In this document: positions 52,590 to 64,000 of the stretch, in pieces
Layout of the letters: every line of letters begins with the position of its first letter
Numbering within the stretch: the first letter of the stretch is position 1
NCBI GenBank assembly: GCA_051294375.1
Contig: CM119266.1
Coordinates: forward strand, 1 to 64,000
Direction of reading: 5' to 3'
DNA: 64,000 nucleotides
DNA from: Paraspadella gotoi
Taxonomy: Eukaryota; Animalia; Chaetognatha
Translations under genes and position numbers: made by a program
Notes under the pieces: generated by a model
Database searches by the model: none
What the model saw: the letters and a program-made list of their open reading frames with translations, nothing else
What the model was told of the DNA's origin: nothing

Positions 52590-53228
52590 GAAAAAAATAT
52601 ATATATAATTTAAAGAAATAAAAGAAAGGCAAAAATAAGTTACAATTGTTTACATTTGGAAATTTTTCAAATTTTTTTCAATCATGGCTTGTAAAAGATT
52701 TTATTTTTATTTGTATTTTATTTTTTATTTCTCATTAAAAAGGTATTTTGAGTTCCCATTTTTATTATTATGATTGTTAGAAAATTTTTGTTGAATTTCA
52801 TCTTCAATATTATATACTGCAATATGTAAATTAGATTAAAGCATTTCTATATACTATTTGGATATTATAGATGAGTACTATAATCTCATTTGCATATTGC
52901 AGTAAATCATAATGAAGTGGAAATTTAAACAAAAAATACTTAAATCAAATGTAATAAGAAAATATCAAAGCTATTTCAAGATGAGAAGCCATATCTAAAT
53001 TTTTAACTTACTATGACGCACATTTTGTAAAACTTTATTATAATTTATAATAATTTTTTATAAAAATTAAAAAAACGGTAAGTCCCAGCCAAACCTATAA
53101 AAGCGTAGTAGTTTTTATTTAAAAATAGCGTGACGCCGACGACGACGACTAGTCGGTCAATAAGGAAGCATCTAAGAGCACATTATAGAGTCAGGACCCG
53201 GCAACGCCGGTCCTGGCTCGATAATAAT
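52590..53228 (-). mobile_element. HINE-like family B terminal segment
   Basis: Direct copy of 48645-49272 including the terminal hairpin gagtcaggacccggc..gccggtcctggctcgat. Confidence 0.6.
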
Positions 53229-55539
53229 TACTAGTGCTTCTAGCCATTTTATAAAATTTTGGTCCATTGTAAGTTAAAGTTTTTTCAGAAATGTATGAAG
53301 TTTCATTTGGGAAGGTTCTCAAATCAAACTTCAGACCCACCCCATTGACAAAGTTTGGGTCTACTAGTGCTCGTATGTTTATTGGCTTAATAATTAATTA
53401 GTTACCAAGACTCATAAAGCGACGGCGAACCGTTTCTGGCCCGCCATCCCGAATGACCGACTGACCGTAACCACCATCCAATCTACTACATCCGTTATAA
53501 TTTCAAGTTTTATTGTTTATTTATTATCCATTTCGATGTTCTTATGTTCATAATTAAGCCGCGCGATTTCACAAGCTTCGATCGTTATGGTTGTTTACCC
53601 GGCGTCGTCGCCATTGTCGTCGTCGTCGTCGTCGCATCTTGTTTGTTTATTTCTATTTTGTTTTGTTCCTTTTGTTCGTTTTTCGCTGAATAATGCAACT
53701 GGGGTTAATTCGAAATGAATGGCTGGTTGAAAGGAAGATGGGTTAAGCTCGGCACATCGTTAGTCGATTCGGGCGGGAAGAAATTTAAAAAGAATAATAT
53801 GTTTTAAGATTATTACTTAATTATAAGTATATATATGCGAGAAATGAATATACGAATTTGTTGTCGAGGTTGTTGTAAAGAATCAGCTGGGGCCTCGAAT
53901 AAAATCGAATAAAATAAAATGGTATCACTTCTCAAGAAATAAAAGATAAGTCAAACCCTCAAAAAAAAAAAAAATAAATAAAAATCGTTGGAAAATAATT
54001 AGCCGCAGGTTTGGGTTCCGAAGAGTCTCCATAAAGATCTCCGCTCGATCGAAGGAAAGGTGCTTGAGAGAGGATAAGTAGGAGTCTGCGTCGTTCTTAG
54101 AGATCGAGGAAGACTTTTTCAATGGAGATTTTCGTTCAAATCTGACTTCCAAACAATATAATTATAAATGCTCCTGGTAAAAAATCTGGTAAAATATCGA
54201 TGTAAAAACTCTTGATTCCGATCCTGTTGCAACTGAAGGGCTCGCATTTTTTTTCTCTTGTCAAATCATCAACATCTTGATATCAAACAAGCCAGAACAA
54301 ATAGACTGCTTCTGGATGGAAAAATTTTCTATCTCTGATTTTATATAGAAATGAAAGGGATTTTTTTTCTTGAAAACAATATAAACGTGCCTGAGGTATG
54401 TTCCTGTTCAACAAATGATGTCCAATTTTAGAATCCTTTGGCAAAGTGTCTGAAGGGCTCTCAAAATTTTTCTTTACATTTTATTTGATTATTTTGATAT
54501 GATACGATCATGGGAAAGTGAATTAGTCCATTTTGGTGAAATTTTTATTTAAAGTAAAAGTAAAAGAAGAGCTAACGATCGGAATTCTAAGAGTTTTCAA
54601 CCGGGAGTCAGATTCGGGAAAAATCTTCTATATGGCGAAAATCTTCCAAAGAAAGGGTGGATTTTCCGAAGATTTTGCTTAATATTTTCTATATTTATGG
54701 TCAGATTTTTTTGAAACTTAATATTAACAATTTTGCCATCATTCTATCTTGGCCGGTAAAAGAATATATTAAAAAAAACTTTGTTCGTCAGAGCTTAGTC
54801 CTAGGGGCAGTGATTTCTATTCGGGGATTTTCAACAATGGAATTGGAACTTAAATAACTATTATTTATTTTTTTCTCACTGATAAATATGAGCCACGCTT
54901 TATTAAAAAAAAGGGTTGGCTATAGTTAGCCTATAGTTATCTTCTCCTTATAACATAGAACTCACTGGGTGAATTTCTATGCTTTCAAAATACGGTAAGA
55001 CATAATTTCTTTTACGTTAATCATTCTAATCATGGTATCTGCCCTAATTATTTAAGATGAAACTAAAACTAAAGATTAAATTGCTCGTCAGATCTATCGC
55101 GTTTTTTAGATATACTAAAGCTTAGGCAAAAAAACGGCACACTATATTTTAAAACTTTTTTCATTTTTTTCACTATTTTTTTCTCTCTTGAACCTTCTCT
55201 CTTTTTCTCTCTTTCTCTCTGTCTTTCTCCCCCTTTCTCCCACTTTTCTGTCATCATATTTCTCTGTGTCATCCCTTCTTTTCTTCCTTTACCTTTATTT
55301 CCCTTCCTCTCTATCTCTGCTTTTCTCTCCCTCTCTGATTCTTTTTCTTCCCTCTTTCTTATCTTTTCTTTTCTCTTAATTGTTCTCGTTCTCCCCCTTC
55401 TCCCCATATATTCATTTCTATCCACTCTTTCTCTCTCTCCCTGCAACTTTTTTTCCACTCATGCTCTCTCTTCTCTTATCTTTTTCTCATTCTCACTCAT
55501 TTTTTGCTTTTATATAATACTGGATGTATAAAAATCTTT

Positions 55540-56118
55540 AAAATTTATTGTAAACAATGGATGACTCTTCTCATCCTGGGCGACAAAAGACGGCTTCAGC
55601 TGGAAGATGGCGGGGTTCCAGAGCCAGCTGCCAAGCAGGAAAGAAGGGGACCAGGCCCGCCTCCTCAGCAGGAGAGAAGAGGGCAAGCTGCAGGAATGAC
55701 AGGTCTCGTCGACATAAGGGTCGCATTCCCAACCTCACCCAGTCGCAGGCCAATGACCATCCCAATGACCAGCTCCAATCTGCCACTGACCCTCAACTGA
55801 CGGCCCTAAAGGGGGAGGGGGCCAGCTCACTTTGAGCTTCTTTCTTTTTCTTTTTCTTTTCACAAACTTCAAATTTCCCTTTCATTTTCAAATACTAAAC
55901 TATAAATTATTCAAGTGTAGTTGTTATTAATTTATTTACTCCTACTATCATTTAGTTTATAAATTTATTTTTGGTTATACATTGTTCAAATGTAAAGTAT
56001 AATTTATTACCTCTGCATTTTCTTCTCTCACCTTTTATTTCCTTTCCCCCATGTCTCTCTCTATCTCCTATTGTTATCACTTTCTCTCAATTCTTTATTG
56101 GAAGCTTTATCCCTCTGA

Positions 56119-56159
<41 letters not shown>

Positions 56160-56310
56160 TTTCTGTGTCTCTCTCTCCCACTCTCTCTCTCTCAATGCTA
56201 TCCTGCCAAAACTTTTGTAATTCAAAATGTAAATTTGCACTGATGAAGAACGGAACAACGTTCGAAACATGTTTGCATTAATTTAATAAATAAACTCGTT
56301 GTGAAAATAA
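55540..56310 (+). mobile_element. Penelope-like element 3' end (ORF tail, hairpin, CT tract, hammerhead)
   Basis: ORF tail KQWMTLL...PPPQQERRGQAAGMTGLVDIRVAF, ggccAGCTCactttGAGCT hairpin at ~55822, (CT)n, intact minimal hammerhead, AATAAA. Confidence 0.7.
56236..56277 (+). ncRNA. Minimal type I hammerhead ribozyme
   Basis: TGCA-CTGATGA-A-GAACG(gaacaa)CGTTC-GAAA-C-AT-GTT-TGCA: full catalytic core, stem I TGCA/TGCA, 5-bp stem II, palindromic minimal stem III (AAACATGTTT), GUU cleavage triplet at 56271-56273. Confidence 0.75.
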
Positions 56311-56961
56311 AAATTGTTTACCTAAATCTATTTACCAACGAAAAGAAAGGAAATCCATCAAATGTATTGTAAGAAAAAAAAATCTTGGGTAGCGTATGAT
56401 TTTATTCAAAGTTTGGTTGCCTAGCAGATTTAAAAAATCGACAGAATTTTGAGGAAATTTTTTCCGCAAAAAGCTGTCGATTGAGAGAAATTAATTTCCT
56501 GACGCTTCCCCTTTCAATAAAAGAAGGCGGTTTTTTTTAATTTTTCAACTTTAGTGTGTTTCTCATTTATTAAAACTATAAAATAAGTCAAAAATCGAGC
56601 TTTAGTTCAAATAAAACGCTCCTAACAAATCCTCACAAATTAAAAGTAGGCTTAAAAATTGTTTTGCAGCAAAAGTATTAAATTTTTTGCCCTAATTTTT
56701 TAGGTACCAGAATCACCGTTGATAGGGAATATTTTATTAGAATTGTGGACATTTTGAAGTATTTTCGTTTAACAACTTGTAATAAATTTAATCAATATTG
56801 TTGGTAATATTCTAGCAATATTGCAAAAAGGGTTTTTTTTGCTGAATTCCTCGATAGAAATCACTGCCTAGGATAAGCGCTCGATGAAGTAATCAGTTCA
56901 TCTCTCGCGAAGCTCAATCACGTTCCATCGATTTCCTCTGTTCAAGAGAAGATTGAGAGAC

Positions 56962-57022
<61 letters not shown>

Positions 57023-57120
57023 ATGTTGAAAATCTTCGCCTAAGAAATTTGTAGAATAAATAAGGATTCGGAGATTTTCAAATTTTCAAAAGAGTCTGTT
57101 TGTTTGTCCTGTCAAAATTT

Positions 57121-57166
<46 letters not shown>

Positions 57167-57918
57167 TTTCCTTTTTCACTCATTTTCTCTCCCTTCCCAG
57201 ATTTTCAAACTCTCAGTTTCCGATATCAACGCTTCTCGCCCCTCTCTTTTCATCATTTTTATAAATTATTTTTTTCTTTATATTTTTTTTTTATGAATCG
57301 AGAATTTGGTTAAAAATTTGTGATTTACAAATGTGAAGAAACTAAGAAACGAAGTAATTCTTCCAAGGTAAAAAAAAATCAACGATTAAACGATGACTCC
57401 ATCAATGACGTCAACAACGTCGACCAACTCGTTGGTCGTCTTGCAACGGCGACTCCGGTCGACGTCCGCCAAAATTAATTAACGAGAATAGATGATGGAT
57501 TCCGATCGGCCGCGGCAGGAGCAGCTGGACCCCGGCGACCGTAGCAGCGGCTGCCGGCAGCAGCGTTGGTTGTTATTGTTATTTTCGATTCCAAATTTTT
57601 TTCGTCGAATCGAATGAATTTCTTGAGATTGAAAAAATGGATTTATTGGGATTTGGAGATTGTGAGGAAGAGACACAGACGGCTTTCACTAGAATTTCTC
57701 TCTTTTCTTTTTTTTCTTCTTTTTTTATCCTTGCCTTTCTTCTCTTTTACTATCTCTCAGTCTTTGTTTCTTTTCTTTTTTTTCCTTCTGGTTTTTTCTT
57801 CATTTTTCTTGAACTTTCTTACTCACTTTCCTCGTTCTTTCTGATAATTACTTTTTAGTTACTTTCTTCATTTTTCTTTTCTCTCTCTCTCTCTCTCTCT
57901 CTTACTTATTCCTTTCAA

Positions 57919-58015
<97 letters not shown>

Positions 58016-58489
58016 CTCTCTGTGTCTCTCTCTGTCTCTCTCTGTCTCTCTCTCCTCCTCCCTCCCTCCCTTTCTCTCTTTCCCCACCTTCTGGTTTCAA
58101 GTCACGTGACCGTGGGCGCCTCTAATATTTAAAAAGGTTTCCCTCCGGCGCCCCGGGGTAAAACTAAAAAGGAGGAGGAGGAGAGAGAGAAAAAGAAGGA
58201 GAGAGAAGAAGAGGAAAGTCGAAGAAGAAGGAGAAGGAGAAAAAGAAAGAGGAATAAGGGAATTTCAAAAACTCAAAAAAACGTTTTAAACATTTATAAA
58301 TTGGGTAAATATAGTTTGGGTAGAAGCATAAAGGACATCGTTGAGCGATAAGAATATAAATGAATTGACATTGAAACGAACGAACAACATAAATAATTTC
58401 AATTCCCCGACTGAAGAAAAACATACCTAAGTGCCATGTCCGCCATGTCCGCCATGTCATGTTCAATCCTGTCTGAAGTCGTCGTCCAC

Positions 58490-59123
58490 AAAGAATGTTT
58501 TGCTTTAATGTCACAACTAATTAAGAACAATGTTTTTAATTTTAAACTCAAAATTCTTTGACTTTAATAAAGAATGTTTTGCCTTAAAGTCACAACTAAT
58601 TAAGAACAATGTTTTTAATTTTAAACTGAAAATTCTTTGACTTTAATAAAGAATGTTTTGCTTTAATGTCACAACTAATTAAGAACAATGTTTTTAATTT
58701 TAAACTCAAAATTCTTTGACTTTAATAAAGAATGTTTTGCCTTAATGTCACAACTAATTAAGAACAATGTTTTTAATTTTAAACTCAAAATTCTTTGACT
58801 TTAATAAAGAATGTTTTGCCTTAATGTCACATTTAATTAAGAACAATGTTTTTAATTTTAAACTCAAAATTCTTTGACTTTGATAAAGAATGTTTTGCCT
58901 TAATGTCACAACTAATTAAGAACAATGTTTTTAATTTTAAACTCAAAATTCTTTGACTTTAATAAAGAATGTTTTGCCTTAATGTCACAACTAATTAAGA
59001 ACAATGTTTTTAATTTTAAACTCAAAATTCTTTGACTTTAATAAAGAATGTTTTGCCTTAATGTCACAACTAATTAAGAACAATGTTTTTAATTTTAAAC
59101 TCAAAATTCTTTGACTTTAATAA
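58490..59123. repeat. Minisatellite, 8 x 79 bp
   Basis: Unit aaagaatgttttgccttaatgtcacaactaattaagaacaatgtttttaattttaaactcaaaattctttgactttaat, nearly identical copies. Confidence 0.95.
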
Positions 59124-59851
59124 AAATTATACAAAAAGCGAGAAAGTCCATGATTAGAATTCGTCGCTAGATTCGTTTTCCCTTTCGGTCGATTAGCCTT
59201 CGGTCCCATTTTAATAACAGCTCGATAAAGTTTATCTGTTTCGTCGCCGCTTTTTATTTTCTCCTCTTTTTTTTTGCCACATTTTCCGAAATCGCCCCAT
59301 TTCACTGTCATCGAAATAACCGTTAAAATCGAAAAAAATTATAATAATTACATTTTCAGATAGCTTAACGCGTGTTATTCTTGGAAATTGTAATGGTTCT
59401 GTTTGTAATTTTTTAATACTTCCAAAAAGTACAAATATGTTTCATCTTATTTTTTACGGTTCCTATTTACGTTATCCAATTTTTTTGCCTCTCAAATTCG
59501 GTAACACGAAAGTTTAAAGAGAAAATTTGATTTAATCAGTTAAGTGAGGAATTTTAAAATACTAACATACGTTTAATTACTAAATTTTATTAAATAATTA
59601 ACTATCAACGAAAAAGGTTTAGATTTTCTTATAAATTTATGAGTAAAGGCTAAAGAGGTAACAGAAAAGAAATTCAATAAAAAGTTTTTAAATTTTTTTT
59701 TACCCAAAAATGTATTAATTTTTTTTTCAATAACAATTCTAGGCGAGAATCTCGCTTAAAATAAATTCAACATTTTTCTATTTGTGATAATCCTTTGTTG
59801 TTTGAAATAGATTAGAGAAAAAACGAAATTTTTTTCGCGATTTAACATTTA

Positions 59852-60635
59852 TTTTTTAGTCGGATCTGCTTTCAGCAGATCCCGACTCTATAATTCACTT
59901 TGTCGGTCCGTCGGTCCGCCCCCTCAATCTTGTCGGGCATTCACTTATATCATGTCAGAATATCGAATTATGATAAATTATGCAAAAAAAAACGATGTCC
60001 GTCCGTCCGTCCGTCCGTCCGTCCGTCCCACCTTAGCAAAAAACACCAATTACTCGTGATTGGATGGATGGATTGGAATGAAATTTTATGTGTGGGTAGG
60101 GAAGTGTATGATTGAGCTAGATATGAAGTTTTGATGGAATCGTCCGAGTGGAAATGAGTTTAAATGGAAAAAACCAAAAAATATATTTCACTATTTGAAC
60201 ACCAATTACTCATGAGTGGATGGGGCGATTGACTTGAAATTTTGTATTTGGGTAGAAAAGTGTGTGATTAAACTGGGAATAAAGTTTCGTTTGAGTGGAA
60301 ATNNNNNNNNNNTGGAAAAAACAAAACAAAACAAAACAATTGATTATGCTTTTTTTTCCTTTTTATATTAAATGTAANNNNNNNNNNNNNNNNNNNNNNN
60401 NNATGCAAGATGTATTAATTAATCAAATAATTAATTAATCACTTAATTAATCAATCAAAACAAACATTTTGGATCAAATTAATTGCATAATTACATAATT
60501 AATTAAATACTTAACTTGAATAAATTAATTATTAATAAATTAAATAATTAATTAATATTATTAATTAATTAATTAATTAATTAATTACCGATAATGATTG
60601 TGGGCAGATCCGACATTGTTTGCTCAAACTTGTTT
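59852..60635 (+). mobile_element. HINE-like family A copy inserted into PLE tail
   Basis: gtcggatctgctttcagcagatcccgac 5' hairpin, (GTCC)n, 3' gcagatccgac-attgtttgctcaaacttgttt; lies in a T-run between the PLE hammerhead and its AATAAA. Confidence 0.75.
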
Positions 60636-60748
60636 ATGTAATGGACAAGTTTCCACTCTAGTTTTTGAGTCTTCATCAGCATTGAAAAAGACACTTTCAC
60701 AAACTTTTTTATATTGGTTTAAGGGAGAGAGAGAAGGAGGGAGATATT

Positions 60749-60811
<63 letters not shown>

Positions 60812-60920
60812 AAGTGAGAGAGTTTCCAACAAAGAAATTGAGTAAAGAAAAGTGGTCAGATGTTAGGACAGATGAAAGTGAGGGAAGGGAAGGAGAGTGA
60901 GTGAATTTGAGATTGGTGAA

Positions 60921-60981
<61 letters not shown>

Positions 60982-61360
60982 ACAATACATTTGGCAATGT
61001 ACAACAGTGAATAAAAGTGAAAAACTAAAGTAACATAAGTTAATAAATAAATAAATGTTTGTGAGAATTTGGTTTAATAGTAAGAATGAAATATGAAATA
61101 TGAAATGAAAGAATAAGTTGTGAGGGATAGCTAAGGTAAGTTTTAAGAGAAAAATAAGATGAGAAAGAGCTCAAAATGAGCTGGCCCCCCCCCTGGCCGG
61201 GCAAATGAGGGTCATTACCGATGTGCTAGGTTCATTGGCCTGTAATGGGCTGAAAGGATATTGTGGTGGAGTGGGATTGGTTCGGGTTTGGCAAAGATCC
61301 GGCTGGAAAAATGCCAAATGCCACTCGTATATCTCTCTGGCCTGATACGCCTGCCGAGAG
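60636..61360 (-). mobile_element. Penelope-like element 3' end with hammerhead (60640-60683)
   Basis: Minus strand: AGVSGQRDIRVAFGIFPAGSLP...*, ggccagctcattttgagct hairpin, CT tracts, AATG-CTGATGA-A-GACTC..GAGTG-GAAA-CTTGTC-CATT (GUC site, one stem II mismatch). Confidence 0.7.
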
Positions 61361-62064
61361 CCTATCTATCTATTCCTCTAAACATTTTTCTAACAGAGAT
61401 TTCCGTTCGAATCTGACTGCCCAACTTCACAAACGAGCCTGCAAGAAATTTTGGTAGAAAACAGTTGTAAAAACACACGATTCCGACAGCTTTGCATCTC
61501 AAGAGCTCGTTCCTTTTTTCTTGTGGCATTTGATAAAGATTTTACTATCAGACAAGCCAGGGGAAATGGACTACTCGTCTCCGGAGGATTTTCAAACCTC
61601 GTTTTTACTATAGAAATGAAAGGAAAATTTCACTTTTTTAAAATTATTAACGGGATTAGGGTATATTGGCATTATTAATGACACTTCAATGAGATTCCGA
61701 AAGCCTTTTGTCCCAAGAGCTCGTTCTATTTTTATTTTTATTATTGACGAATTTTTTCATATTAAACCAACATGTAAAGTGAATTGGTCCAGTTTTCATC
61801 TCGAAATTTTATTTAAAAAGAAATTAAAAGGAAGGTTGAGAGAAAAAACTGATTTTACCTAATATCTTTTGAAGGAACAAAGATAAAGGGATGGCAATAG
61901 TACCAAAATGAAGCTATAATTATCGGGCACATACAAGATATAATTTGAGAATTACTTTTGCTGAACTTACAGGGTGGAGTGTCAAACTAAGTCAAAATTA
62001 TAATGAATTTTAAAACTAATGACACCCCATAAGAATAAATGAAAATTAAATTCTTTTTAAGACG

Positions 62065-62205
62065 CAGAGACAGATCACGCTTAATTTCATGTGCACGAAA
62101 AAAAAATATCGTCATGGAATTTACTTTGTCTGACCATTTGTATTTCCTGACAGTTATGCTGGAAAATACATGCAAATTAAGCAAATTAAGCGTGATCTGT
62201 CTCTG
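62065..62205. mobile_element. Tiny MITE-like element
   Basis: Perfect 23-bp inverted repeat cagagacagatcacgcttaattt / aaattaagcgtgatctgtctctg; no clear TSD. Confidence 0.55.
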
Positions 62206-63170
62206 AAAGAAAGAAAAAGGCTAAATTGTACTCTAGTAAAAATTTAAAGTTTTTTGGATAAAGAAAATGTAAATTTTTTGTCATTTAAATATTTGCTTGT
62301 CTGATTTTACAAGCATGCTTACAAAATTCTACAAATATTATTCACAGCCTAAGTATTTATCCTTCTTTTCCACCAGCAAAAAGTAAACATTATCTTATTT
62401 TAGAGAACAGGGATGTTTACTGAAAGGAGCTGGAAGACATTCAACTTCTTCACTTTGATGTTATTTTTCAATAATAAAATAGGGCAAATTTTTTAATTAT
62501 TTAACTCTAGATATTACACTTTCATAATATCCCAATGTTAATGTAATTTATTATAGTTTTTTATCCAGAAATCATAAAATAACAGAAGGTTGTGGATTCC
62601 CTTCGCTCGTTTAAAAAAAAAATTAACTTGCGAATTAAAGTTTGTAAGAGGAAGTCAGAATCGGCGAAAATCTTAAAAGGCGAGAATGTTGAAAAAAGGG
62701 AGAGGAATTTTGGTTGTTTTTGGTCGATTTCTTCTAAACCCACAGGTCAATTTAGACGTAACTTAAGATTTACATTATTCCAGTCATTCTCTATCCAAAA
62801 ATATAAAATTATTATGAAAAAAGGTTTGAGATCGACAATCGGCATTTAGTTCTAACAATTCAGATTGAACTTAAATTTTAAAAAGGTTTGTTTCATCGTT
62901 GGTTCCATCGCCGTTCTTGGCTAATGGCCAAATGGTTTGTCTGATCATTTTCCCAATTCATTCCCAGATCTTTGCTCGATTTTTGATTGGTAATAATCCT
63001 TTATTTTGTTGAGTAGGGTGATTAGTAAAAACAGATTTGAGATTCAACACCAATTTATTTGATTAACGGACGATTCTTTATAATATTTATATTTATAATT
63101 GAGGCAAAATGGTTTTTGTTTTACAACGAATTTTTTTTTTAATTTTTCTTAGAAAAAAAACAAAAAACGG

Positions 63171-64000
63171 AGATTTTAGTTGTGAATAGGAAATGAAATG
63201 GTCAGAGTGAGAGAGATTGAGAGAGAGGGAGACAGGGAGAGAGAAAATAATACATTTCAAATGTACAACAAATAAAGTTTTAAACTAAATAAACAGTTAT
63301 TAACAATTAAATAAATAAATAAGTTTGAGTGGAGGTGAAAATGAAATGTGAAAGTGAGAAAATACTTTTAGTGTTAATAAAGTTAGAAATTAAGAGTTAA
63401 GATAGAGCTCAAAGTGAGCTGGCCCCTTTGGACAAATGAGAGGCTCGGGCGATGGGGCTGGGTCATTGGCGTGTTATTGGTTGAGAGGACAATTGAACCG
63501 AACATGTTATTGTTGGCTAGGGAGGCTTCCTTGCGGAAAGATTCCAAGCGCTACTCGAATGTCTCTTTGGCCTGATACGCCTGCCAGCTGCCCTCTTCTC
63601 GCCTGCTGACGAGGTGGCGGTTGTCAGTCTTGCCGTTTTTGCACAGGAGTGCTGGACTCCTCCCCCTCCTCCTGGAGCTCACTTTGAGCTCTATCTTAAC
63701 TCTTAATTTCTAACTTTATAACACTAAATGTATTTTCTCACTTTCACATTTCATTCTCACCTCCACTCAAACTTATTTATTTATTTAATTGTTAATAACT
63801 GATTATTTAGTTTAAAACTTTATTTGTTGTACATTTGAAATGTATTATTTTTCTCTCTCCCTGTTCCCTCTCTCTCTCTCTCTCAATCTCTCTCACTCTG
63901 ACCATTTCATTTCCTATTCACTAACTAAAATCTCTATTTGTCCTCATTCTTAACGCTGTCCTCACCACTTGACCACTATTCTTTTCTCACTCTGTGTTGG
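63171..64000. mobile_element. Penelope-like element with inverted terminal segment
   Basis: 63171-63420 and 63676-63934 are ~250-bp inverted copies flanking a minus-strand ORF tail PPPRQQARRGQLAGVSGQRDIRVALGIFPQGSLPSQQ*; inverted partial pLTRs are typical of PLE insertions. Confidence 0.7.

Larger units (their letters stand above)
54791..56883. mobile_element. TIR-bounded element containing the PLE insertion
   Basis: gagcttagtcctaggggcagtgatttctattcgggg vs cctcgatagaaatcactgcctaggataagcgctc are imperfect reverse complements. Confidence 0.5.

Noticed and set aside
53925-54152. Protein-like minus-strand ORF (KSPLKKSSSISKNDADSYLSSLKHLSFDRAEIFMETLRNP)
   Set aside because: No recognisable family, non-ATG start and no convincing splice pair.
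58490-59123. Possible CRISPR array
   Set aside because: Contiguous 79-bp units with no unique spacers, eukaryotic context, no cas genes.

Overview
Eukaryotic (animal, probably invertebrate) AT-rich draft-assembly sequence saturated with (GA/CT)n and other microsatellites, with N-gaps at 4564-4588, 32507-32531, 42456-42555, 60303-60311 and 60378-60402 and an apparently error-prone stretch at about 43.5-53 kb. Almost all ORFs in the supplied track are microsatellite artefacts. Supportable host genes: (1) the N-terminal, multi-exon half of a divergent TRPC-family cation channel on the minus strand (about 16.3 kb to 8.7 kb; ankyrin repeats, HxxxCxCxxC zinc motif, linker helices; phases reconstructed by hand; no transmembrane exons seen), and (2) a talin-like FERM-F0 first coding exon at 42316-42430 just before a scaffold gap. 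The rest is mobile DNA: a 5'-truncated Tx1/L1-clade LINE, Tc1/mariner relics and MITEs, two families of Helentron-associated DINE-1/HINE-like elements, a ~4 kb duplicated block whose copies differ by insertions, and a CCA-bearing tRNA-Lys fragment. The most interesting signals are (a) a miniature LTR element (TRIM) whose LTRs carry a tRNA-like Pol III promoter (43766-44502) and (b) a multi-copy Penelope-like element 3' end combining a short C-terminal peptide under visible synonymous-codon conservation (PIP-box-like QRDIRVAF), a conserved hairpin at an inversion breakpoint, and minimal hammerhead ribozymes. All assignments are by eye; no searches were run.
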